Source: an uncultured delta proteobacterium
Lineage (GTDB): Bacteria; Myxococcota; Myxococcia; Myxococcales; Anaeromyxobacteraceae
Length of the DNA: 64,000 nt
Direction of reading: 5' to 3'
NCBI GenBank assembly: GCA_963828255.1
Contig: CAWHDZ010000025.1
Coordinates: 1 to 64,000, forward strand
Shown: positions 56,281 through 64,000 of the stretch, piece after piece
Layout: each line of letters begins with the position of its first letter
Position numbering within the stretch: position 1 is the stretch's first letter
Program-made: the position numbers and the translations under genes
Notes under the pieces: generated by a model
Told to the model about the DNA's origin: nothing
The model's database searches: none
The model's input: only the letters and a program-made list of their open reading frames with translations

Positions 56281-57296
56281 CGCGGCGCCGTGTCGCCGTC
56301 GCGCTCGGCGCCGGGGTCGTGGCGCTCCTGGCCTGCACCGCCGCGGCGCTCCTCCTCGGTCCCCAGCCCGTCTCGCTCCAGGCGGCGCTCGCCGGGGCCG
56401 AGCCCGACCACGCCATCCTCGTCGGCCTGCGGCTCCCCCGGGTGATCCTGGGCGCGCTGGTGGGCGCCGCGCTGGCCGCGGCCGGGGTGGCGCTCCAGGC
56501 CTTGCTCCGGAACCCGCTCGCCGAGCCCTTCGTGCTGGGCGTGTCGGGCGGCGCGGCGCTGGGGGGCACGGCCGCGCTGGCGGCGGCGGCCGCGGTGGGG
56601 CCCGCCTCGGCGCTGGGCGCGGTCGTGGGATCGGGCGCCTCGGTGGCCCTGGGGGCGTCGATCGGCGCGGCGGCCTCGACCGCGCTGGTCTTCGCGCTGG
56701 GGCGAATCGGCGGCAAGCTCGTTCCCGAGGCGGCGCTCCTCGTCGGCGTGGTCTTCAACGCCTTCGCGGCCGGCGTCATCACCGTGGTGAAGGTCATGGT
56801 GCCCCCCGAGGAGGCGGCCCGGCTCCTCTACTGGCTCATGGGGGCGGTGGGCTACGCCGACCCCGGCACGCTCCTCACGGGCGCGGTCTTCGTGGCGGTC
56901 GCGGTGGCGGTGCTCCTGGCCGCCTCGGCGCAGCTGAACCTCCTCTCCCTGGGCGACGACGAGGCCTCCTCGCTCGGCGTGGACGTGGGGCGCTCCCGCG
57001 GCGTGGTCTTCCTGGCCGCGAGCCTGGCCACCGGGGCGGCGGTGGCGCTGGCCGGCATGGTGGGCTTCGTCGGGCTCATCGTGCCCCACCTGCTCCGGCG
57101 CGTCTTCGGCCCGGACCACCGCATCCTGCTGCCGGCCTCGGTCCTCTTCGGCGCCGCCTTCCTGGTGCTGGCCGACGCCGCGGCCCGCCTGGCCTTCCTG
57201 CCGCTCGGCTCCGAGCCGCCGGTGGGCGCCCTCACCGCCCTGCTCGGCGGCCCCCTCTTCCTCTGGCTGCTTCGCCGGACCGAGCGGAGCGGTTAG
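56277..57296 (+). CDS. btuC: FecCD/BtuC-family ABC permease
   Basis: LRLPR, QALLRNPLAEPFVLGVSGGA and GFVGLIVPH. Confidence 0.9.
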   Translation: MTRRRVAVALGAGVVALLACTAAALLLGPQPVSLQAALAGAEPDHAILVGLRLPRVILGALVGAALAAAGVALQALLRNPLAEPFVLGVSGGAALGGTAALAAAAAVGPASALGAVVGSGASVALGASIGAAASTALVFALGRIGGKLVPEAALLVGVVFNAFAAGVITVVKVMVPPEEAARLLYWLMGAVGYADPGTLLTGAVFVAVAVAVLLAASAQLNLLSLGDDEASSLGVDVGRSRGVVFLAASLATGAAVALAGMVGFVGLIVPHLLRRVFGPDHRILLPASVLFGAAFLVLADAAARLAFLPLGSEPPVGALTALLGGPLFLWLLRRTERSG

Positions 57297-57306
57297 GTTG
57301 GCGCCC

Positions 57307-58326
57307 ATGACCCCCGTCCGCGCCTGGCTCGCCATCACCGTCCTCGCCACGGCCCTCCTCGCCGTGGCCGTCGGGGCGGCCACGCTGCTCGAGCCCCACA
57401 CCCGCGGCTTCGACCGGTTCATGGGGCTCGCCATCTGGAAGATCGACGTCCACCAGCGGGTCGATCCGGAGGTCCTGGGCTACGCCGTCAACGTGGGCGC
57501 GAGCCAGGGGATCCTCGGCATCGTGAACCTGGGTGGCGGCCACGCCGGCGGCGGGCTGGAGGCGCACCTCGAGGCGGCGGCCCGCTTCCCCGGGCGGGTG
57601 CTGGTCTTCATGGAGCTCGACGAGCGGGGCTGCTGCGACGACGCCTGGATCGAGCGGGAGACCGCGCGGCTCGTGACCGGCCGGGCCCTGGGGGCCCGCG
57701 GGCTGCACGTCCCCCGGCGCCTGCTCTCCCCCGCCGGAGCGCCGGTCTGGCTCGACGCCCCGGAGCTGGCCCCCCTCTGGCAGGTGGCCGCCGGCCTGGG
57801 CATCCCCGTGGCGTTCGATCCCGGCCCGGGCCCGGAGGCCCGTGAACGGATGGTGAAGCTCGTGGAGGGGCAGCCGAAGATCCCCTTCCTCGCCCTCGAC
57901 ATGGGGGGGCTGGCCGGAAGCCCGGCCGCGCTCGGCGCCCTCCTCTCCCGGCTCCCGAACCTCAACGTGGACACGGCCGGCTCCATCCCGGAGATGGCGC
58001 GCAACCCGGAGGCGACCCGGGAGCTCCTGGCCGCCCACTCCGACCGGGTGCTCCTGGGGACCGACCTGGCCTGGTTGCAGGGCCCGCGCGCCGAGCAGCG
58101 CGCGCTGGTGATCGGGGGCGGCCTCCCGGTGCGGACCCGCGAGCCGCTGCTGCGCTTCTTCGACTCGACCTGGCGCTTCTTCGAGACCCGCGACGCCGAC
58201 ATCCCCGGGCCCTCGTCGGGCGACGCGCCGGTGGAAGGGCTGGCGCTCCCCCGCGACGCGCTCGAGCGGATCTTCCGGGACAACGCCCGCAGGCTGCTCG
58301 GCTTCGGCGACCTGGAGGCCCTGTGA
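57307..58326 (+). CDS. Membrane-anchored amidohydrolase_2-fold protein with altered metal ligands
   Basis: N-terminal TM; KIDVHQR, PNLNVDTA, DRVLLGTD and IFRDNARRL. Confidence 0.75.
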   Translation: MTPVRAWLAITVLATALLAVAVGAATLLEPHTRGFDRFMGLAIWKIDVHQRVDPEVLGYAVNVGASQGILGIVNLGGGHAGGGLEAHLEAAARFPGRVLVFMELDERGCCDDAWIERETARLVTGRALGARGLHVPRRLLSPAGAPVWLDAPELAPLWQVAAGLGIPVAFDPGPGPEARERMVKLVEGQPKIPFLALDMGGLAGSPAALGALLSRLPNLNVDTAGSIPEMARNPEATRELLAAHSDRVLLGTDLAWLQGPRAEQRALVIGGGLPVRTREPLLRFFDSTWRFFETRDADIPGPSSGDAPVEGLALPRDALERIFRDNARRLLGFGDLEAL

Positions 58327-59156
58327 AGGGGGCGCAGCAGGCCCCGGCCCTGGCGCCGCCCGGGACGCCGCTCGTGGCGGCCGACGCGGTCTCCTTCTCC
58401 TACGGGGAGCGGGCCGCGCTGCAGGGAGTCACCTTCACCGCGCGTGCGGGCGAGCTGGTGGCGCTGGTCGGGCCGAACGGCGCCGGGAAGAGCACGCTGC
58501 TCCGGCTCGCCGCCGGCCTGCTCGCCCCCTCGGCCGGAAGCGTGACGGTGGGCGGCCTGGCGGCGCACTCGGCCCCGCGCCGGGCGCTGGCGCGGGTCTG
58601 CGCGCTCGTCCCCCAGGAGCCGCGCGCCCCCTGGCCATTCACCGTACGTGAAGCAGTCATGATGGGGCGGGCCCCGCACCAGGGGCTGCTGGCCGTCCCC
58701 GGCCCGTTCGACCACGGCGCGGTGGACGGCGCGCTCCGGGCCTGCGACCTCCTCGACCTGGCCGACCGGCGCCTCGACGCGCTCTCGGGGGGCGAGCGGC
58801 GCCGGGTCTTCTTCGCCCGGGCGCTGGCCCAGGAGCCGCGGGTGCTGCTCCTCGACGAGCCCACCGCCTTCCTCGACCTGGCCCACCAGGTCGCCGCCAT
58901 GGACATGGCCCGGGTGGCGGCGCGGGCCGGGCTCTGCGTGGTGGCGGTGCTGCACGACCTCAACCTGGCCGGCGGGTCGGCCGACCGGATCGTGGTCCTC
59001 TCCCGGGGCCAGGTGGTCGCCGACGGCCCTCCGCGGGAGGTGCTCTCGGCCGAGCGGGTGAGCGCGGTGTGGGGAGTGCCGGTGTGGCGCGGGGAGAACG
59101 GGGCCACCGGCGCGCCGGTGGTGCTCCCGGTCACGTCCCCGGGACGGCGAACTTGA
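58323..59156 (+). CDS. btuD: ABC transporter ATPase
   Basis: GPNGAGKST, LSGGERRR, LLLDEPT and HDLN. Confidence 0.9.
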   Translation: MKGAQQAPALAPPGTPLVAADAVSFSYGERAALQGVTFTARAGELVALVGPNGAGKSTLLRLAAGLLAPSAGSVTVGGLAAHSAPRRALARVCALVPQEPRAPWPFTVREAVMMGRAPHQGLLAVPGPFDHGAVDGALRACDLLDLADRRLDALSGGERRRVFFARALAQEPRVLLLDEPTAFLDLAHQVAAMDMARVAARAGLCVVAVLHDLNLAGGSADRIVVLSRGQVVADGPPREVLSAERVSAVWGVPVWRGENGATGAPVVLPVTSPGRRT

Positions 59157-60003
59157 TCATCGCGGCCAGCGTGCGGAAGGTGGTGCCGCTGAAGCTCTGC
59201 CGGTAGGCGAACTCGGCCCCGAAGCCGCCGTAGGCGATGCCTGCCCCCAGGGCCCAGAGCTGGACGTCGGCTCCTGCGTTGAACGTCCAGCCGCCCCGCA
59301 GCGAGACCATGTCGAAGAAGAAGACCTCCGCCCCCGCAGCCCAGCGGTCGGAGTGGACCCCGTCGGCGCCGAAGTTCCGGACCCAGTCGGCGGTGACCCG
59401 GAAGGTGTCGCCGGGGCCGACGGCCACGCCCGCCCCCATCCCGATGGGCAGCAGGTCGGGATGGTACGTGTTGATGAGGTTGTAGCCGGTGAAGCCGCCC
59501 GAGAAGAGCTTCCCGAACTTGAGGAAGGCGCCGACCGTGGTGGTGAGGGCGCTCACCGTGGCCGTGTCGGAGTAGAGGTTCAGGTAGGTCCCGGTCGCGC
59601 CCAGGAACAGGTTCTCCCCGACCGGGAAGGCCAGCGCCAGGTTCATCATGCCGCCGAAGGCGCCCTTGGTCCGGTAGCCGAGGGTGGAGATGTAGTTGTA
59701 GGAGAAGCCGGCCGCCACCGTGGTGGACGCCGAGTCCACCACCGAGCCCCCGAAGACGGTGGCGTCGGTGTCGGCGCCCACCCGGTACATCATCCCGCCC
59801 AGGTTGGTCAGGAAGACCTTCTGCGCCGCCAGCGCCCCCGGGTTGTAGAAGATGGCGTCGTTGTCCCCCGACACGCCGTGGTAGGCGGCCAGCCCCACGG
59901 ATCGCGCGTAGACGTAGTTGGTGGGCGTGGGGGGAAGCGGCCCCTCCTCCGCGAGTGCGGGGAGCGCTACGGCGGAGAGGAGCAGGGCGAGGAGTCGGCG
60001 CAC
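59131..60003 (-). CDS. Putative outer-membrane beta-barrel protein
   Basis: Signal peptide; ARSVGL..AIFYNPGAL motif and alternating aromatic beta-strands. Confidence 0.7.
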   Translation of the reverse strand: MRRLLALLLSAVALPALAEEGPLPPTPTNYVYARSVGLAAYHGVSGDNDAIFYNPGALAAQKVFLTNLGGMMYRVGADTDATVFGGSVVDSASTTVAAGFSYNYISTLGYRTKGAFGGMMNLALAFPVGENLFLGATGTYLNLYSDTATVSALTTTVGAFLKFGKLFSGGFTGYNLINTYHPDLLPIGMGAGVAVGPGDTFRVTADWVRNFGADGVHSDRWAAGAEVFFFDMVSLRGGWTFNAGADVQLWALGAGIAYGGFGAEFAYRQSFSGTTFRTLAAMIKFAVPGT

Positions 60004-60096
60004 CGGCGCACGATATCACCGGTCGATCCCCCTGCAAGGACGCGACACGACATCGGCGCTTCCCGCCACGCCGGACGGGGGCTAGAGTCGCCGGCA

Positions 60097-60960
60097 ATGA
60101 AGAAGATCCGCAAGGCCGTCATCCCCGCCGCCGGCCTCGGCACCCGCTTCCTCCCGGCCACCAAGGCCGTGCCCAAGGAGCTCCTGCCCATCGTCGATCG
60201 CCCCACGATCCAGTACATCGTCGAGGAGGCGGTGGCGGCCGGCGTGGACGAGGTGATCCTGGTCTGCGCCCGCGGCAAGGACTCGATCGTGGACCACTTC
60301 GACATCGCGCCCGAGCTGGAGGCCCACCTCGGGCGCACCGGCAAGGAGGCCTTGCGGGCCGAGATGCGGGCCATCGCCAAGATGGCCAACGTGGTCACGG
60401 TGCGGCAGCAGGAGCCGCTGGGGCTCGGCCACGCCGTGCTCTGCGCCAAGGCGCTCGTCGGCGACGAGCCCTTCATCGTCATGCTGGGCGACGACATCAT
60501 CGACGGCCCCGTGCCGGCCGCGAAGCAGCTCGCCTCCTGCTTCGAGAGGCACGGCAAGGGAACCATCGCCCTCATGGAGGTCTCGCCGGCCGAGACCCAC
60601 ATGTACGGCATCGCCGCCGGGACGACGCTGGACCCGCGCACCATCCTCATCGAGAAGCTGGTCGAGAAGCCGAAGCAGGACGCTCCCTCCAACCTGGCGG
60701 TGATCGGCCGCTACGTCCTGCCGCCCGAGATCTTCTCGATCCTGGAGAACGTGAAGCCGGGAGTGGGGGGCGAGATCCAGCTCACCGACGCGCTCGCCGT
60801 GCTGGCCGGCCAGCAGGGGCTGCTCGGCTACCGGTTCGAGGGGGAGCGCCACGACGCCGGCGACCGCTTCGGCTTCCTCAAGGCCAACATCGCCTTCGCG
60901 CTCCAGCGCCCCGACCTCCGGGAGCCGCTGATGGCGTACCTCAGGACCCTCACCAGGTGA
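60097..60960 (+). CDS. galU: UTP-glucose-1-phosphate uridylyltransferase
   Basis: KAVIPAAGLGTRFLPATKAVPKE, GLGHAV and GEIQLTDA. Confidence 0.96.
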   Translation: MKKIRKAVIPAAGLGTRFLPATKAVPKELLPIVDRPTIQYIVEEAVAAGVDEVILVCARGKDSIVDHFDIAPELEAHLGRTGKEALRAEMRAIAKMANVVTVRQQEPLGLGHAVLCAKALVGDEPFIVMLGDDIIDGPVPAAKQLASCFERHGKGTIALMEVSPAETHMYGIAAGTTLDPRTILIEKLVEKPKQDAPSNLAVIGRYVLPPEIFSILENVKPGVGGEIQLTDALAVLAGQQGLLGYRFEGERHDAGDRFGFLKANIAFALQRPDLREPLMAYLRTLTR

Positions 60961-61020
60961 AGGCGGAACGGGGTTGACATGCTCCGGCTCGTCTGACCCG
61001 GCTGCTACACTCTCCGCCCC

Positions 61021-63227
61021 GTGCTCGTCGAGGTCGCCGTCGCCGCCGCCGTCCGCGGCACATTCACGTACCGCGTCCCCTCCCGGCTGGCCGGCGAGGT
61101 CTCGCTGGGCAGCCGCGTGGCCGTGCCCTTCGGCAAGAGCCCGCGCGCCACCGGCTACGTGGTGGGGCTGCCCACCGTGCCCCCGAAGGGGATCGAGCTC
61201 CGCGACGTGGCCGGCGTCCTCGACGAGTTCCCCCCTTCACGCAGCCGATGCTGCGGCTCATCCGCTGGGCCGAGGAGTACTACCTGGCGCCTCCCGGGGA
61301 GCTCATGCGGGCCGCCCTGCCGCCGGGGCTGAACGCGCGCGGAGGGGCGTCGGGGCCCACCCGGCGCGGCGTGGAGTTCGCGGCGCCGGCCGAGGGGGCC
61401 GCCGAGGCGCTCGCCACGATCGGGGCCCGATCCCACGCCAGGCGCGCCGTCCTCGCGTACCTGCTGGCGCGGGGGCGCATCCCGGTGGAGGAGCTGCGCA
61501 CGGCCTTCCCGCGCGGCCGGCCGGCGCTCACCGCGCTCGTGAAGGCGGGGCTCGCCACGCTTTCGACCGTGGCCGTCGCCGCAGGAGGGGGCTCGCTCCT
61601 CCCCGCGGCGGAGCACCCCTTCCCCCTCACGGCCGACCAGTCGGCGGCGCTCTCCCGCATCGTCGAGGCGGCCGGCGCATTCCGCACCTTCCTCCTGCAC
61701 GGCGTCACCGGCTCGGGCAAGACCGAGGTTTATCTACAATCCATCGCCCTGGCCCGCGCCGCCGGCAGGGGGGCGCTGGTCCTCGTGCCCGAGATCGCGC
61801 TCACCCCGCAGCTGGCCGGGCGCTTCCGGGCCCGCTTCGGCGACCAGGTGGCGCTGCTCCACAGCGGCCTCTCCGACCCGGAACGTCACGCGGAGTGGCT
61901 GCGGCTGCGGCGCGGCGAGGCCCGCATCTGCGTGGGGGTGCGCAGCGCGGTCTTCGCGCCGGTGCAGGACCTGGGCATCGTGGTGGTGGACGAGGAGCAC
62001 GACCCTTCCTTCAAGCAGGACGACGGGCCGGGCTACCACGCCCGCGACCTGGCCGTGGTGCGGGCCCGCGAGGAGGGTGCGGTCTGCGTGCTCGGCTCGG
62101 CCACGCCGTCCCTGGAGACGCTGGAGAACGCCCGCACCGGCAAGTACGAGCGCATCGAGTTGCCCCGGCGCATCGACGACCGGCCGCTGCCCGAGGTGCG
62201 CATCGTCGACCTCTCGCGCATCCGCAAGGGCGCCCCGCTGCCCGGGCTCCTCTCCCCCGCCCTGCGGGACGCCCTCGCCGCCACGGTCCGCGCCGGACGC
62301 CAGGCCATCCTCTTCCTCAACCGGCGCGGCTTCCAGACGCTGGTCCTCTGCCGCGACTGCGGGCGCGAGGAGCGCTGCGGGAACTGCTCGGTCTCCCTCA
62401 CCCTGCACGCGCGGCGCGGCGTGCTTCTCTGCCACTACTGCGGCCACTCGGAGCGCATGAGCCCCCGCTGCCCGGCCTGCGGCGGGGAGCGGGCCGGGGT
62501 GGGCGCCGGCACCGAGCAGGTCGAGGCGGCGGTGCGGGAGGTCGTCCCCCTCGCCCGGGTGGCCCGCATGGACCGGGACGCGCTCACCGGGGCGGCGGAC
62601 GTGGCCGAGCTGCTGGCCCGCTTCGCCCGGCGCGAGGTGGACGTGCTGGTGGGGACCCAGATGGTCACCAAGGGTCACGACTTCCCGGGGGTGACGCTGG
62701 TCGGGGTGGTGCTCGCCGACACGGCGCTGGCGCTCCCCGACTTCCGGGCCGCCGAGCGCACCTTCCAGCTCCTCACCCAGGTGGCCGGGCGGGCCGGGCG
62801 CGGCGACGAGCCCGGGCAGGTCATCGTCCAGACCTTCCATCCCCATTCACCCGCGGTCGCATTCGCGGTGGGTCACGACTACGCCGGCTTCGCCGAGGTG
62901 GAGCTGGACCGGCGCCGCTCGCTCGGCTACCCGCCCTTCGGCCGGATGATGGCGGTGCGGGTGGAGGGGTCGGAGGCGGGGGCCCGCAGGACCGCCGAGG
63001 CCCTCGGGGAAGCGGCCCGGCCGGCCCTGTCGGCGGGCGTGTCCATGCTCGGTCCAGCCCCTGCGGCCATCGAGCGCATCCGGGGGAAGAGCCGCTGGCA
63101 CCTGCTCTTCCGCGCCACCGACCCGGCCGCGCTGCGCCGGGTGCACCGGGCGCTCGGGCCGGCCGCGCTGCGCCCCCCGGGCGGGGCCGCGGTCCGCTTC
63201 GACGTGGACCCCCACGCCATGCTGTAG
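61021..63227 (+). CDS. priA: Primosomal protein N'; frameshift at C-run near 61230-61235
   Basis: N-terminal FTYRVP..GSRVAVPFG; GVTGSGKTE, DEEHD, Cys clusters, GTQMVTKGHDF and QVAGRAGR. Confidence 0.93.
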
Positions 63228-63310
63228 CGGCCCGTTCGAGAGGCCGCACGGGTCCTGGTGCGCGAAGGGGCAGGCCCGATTATCATGGCCCGGCACCGAG
63301 GAGCTCGAAC

Positions 63311-63868
63311 ATGGTCCGCGACATCATCATCTGGCCCGATCCCCTGCTGACGCAGAAGTCCGTCCCCGTCGACAAGGTGGACGACGGCATCCGGCGCCTG
63401 CTCGACGACATGTCCGAGACCATGTACGCCGCCGACGGCGTGGGGCTGGCCGCGCCGCAGGTGGGCGTCCTGAAGCGCTGCATCGTCATCGACACCTCGC
63501 CCCGGCAGGAGGGGCAGAAGCTCCTCCACTTCGTGAACCCGGTCATCGTCCGCGCCGAGGGGGAGACCACCTACACCGAGGGCTGCCTCTCCATCCCCGG
63601 CGAGGCCGAGGACGTGGACCGCTTCGCAAAGGTCTGGGTCCGGGCGCTCGACCGCTCCGGCAAGGAGTTCGAGATCGAGACCGACGAGCTGCTCGCCATC
63701 GCGGTGCAGCACGAGACCGACCACCTGCAGGGCACCGTCTTCGTGGACCACCTCTCCAGCCTGAAGCGCGGGCTCATCCGCCGGCGCATGAAGAAGATCA
63801 AGGCCGAGCACGACTCCGAGACGCCCGGCGAGGTGAAGAAGGCCGCGCAGCACCGATCGGCGCTGTAG
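63311..63868 (+). CDS. def: Peptide deformylase
   Basis: GVGLAAPQ, EGCLS and QHETDHL. Confidence 0.96.
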   Translation: MVRDIIIWPDPLLTQKSVPVDKVDDGIRRLLDDMSETMYAADGVGLAAPQVGVLKRCIVIDTSPRQEGQKLLHFVNPVIVRAEGETTYTEGCLSIPGEAEDVDRFAKVWVRALDRSGKEFEIETDELLAIAVQHETDHLQGTVFVDHLSSLKRGLIRRRMKKIKAEHDSETPGEVKKAAQHRSAL

Positions 63869-64000
63869 CGGCCGGGACCCCGACCTTCGCGCAGAGCCCC
63901 GCCACCACGCAGCCCGTGCAGTCGGGCTTGCGGGCGTGGCAGGTGCGGCGTCCGTGCCAGACCAGGAGCTGGTGCGCCTTTCCCCAGCGCCCGGGCGGGA
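63798..64000 (-). CDS. nth: Endonuclease III, 3' end only
   Basis: Minus-strand translation HQLLVWHGRRTCHARKPDCTGCVVAGLC (C-x6-C-x2-C-x5-C Fe-S motif); stop at 63798. Confidence 0.85.
   Translation of the reverse strand, partial: PPGRWGKAHQLLVWHGRRTCHARKPDCTGCVVAGLCAKVGVPAATAPIGAARPSSPRRASRSRARP

Noticed and set aside
60974..61011. TTGACA and TACACT upstream of priA as a sigma70 promoter
   Set aside because: The spacing is 26 bp, so the two boxes cannot form one promoter.
61225..61245. Programmed frameshift or phase variation in priA (and at the G7 run 21192-21198)
   Set aside because: No canonical slippery site with stimulatory structure was seen. Homopolymer error is simpler given the window-wide indels.

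Overview
A very GC-rich bacterial window, most consistent with an Anaeromyxobacter-like member of Myxococcota (inferred from composition and gene content). From 1 to 19.5 kb is a minus-strand Wzx/Wzy surface-polysaccharide operon: rmlACBD, an SLBB export protein, a copolymerase, wbpBDE, wzx, wzy, asnB, glycosyltransferases, a phosphoglycosyl transferase and a fused amidotransferase. From 19.6 to 33 kb is an accessory stretch. It holds a Schlafen/AlbA_2-HATPase-wHTH gene and fcl, followed by gmd interrupted by a full LAGLIDADG intein. It also holds three toxin-antitoxin-like pairs, each with its own visible operator/promoter, a DUF222 remnant and two Wzi-like genes. From 33 to 64 kb is mostly core genome: dnaE, a WbpA-like dehydrogenase, ilvA, a degenerate mdcG, bioBF with a BirA box, a second AlbA_2 gene, radA, glpK and comEA. 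It continues with a cobalamin-riboswitch-controlled uptake operon carrying two extra genes, then galU, priA, def and the 3' end of nth. Roughly 15 single-base frameshifts, one of them in priA, look like long-read consensus errors. No rRNA, tRNA, CRISPR array or transposase was seen. All calls come from reading motifs by eye; no database search was run.
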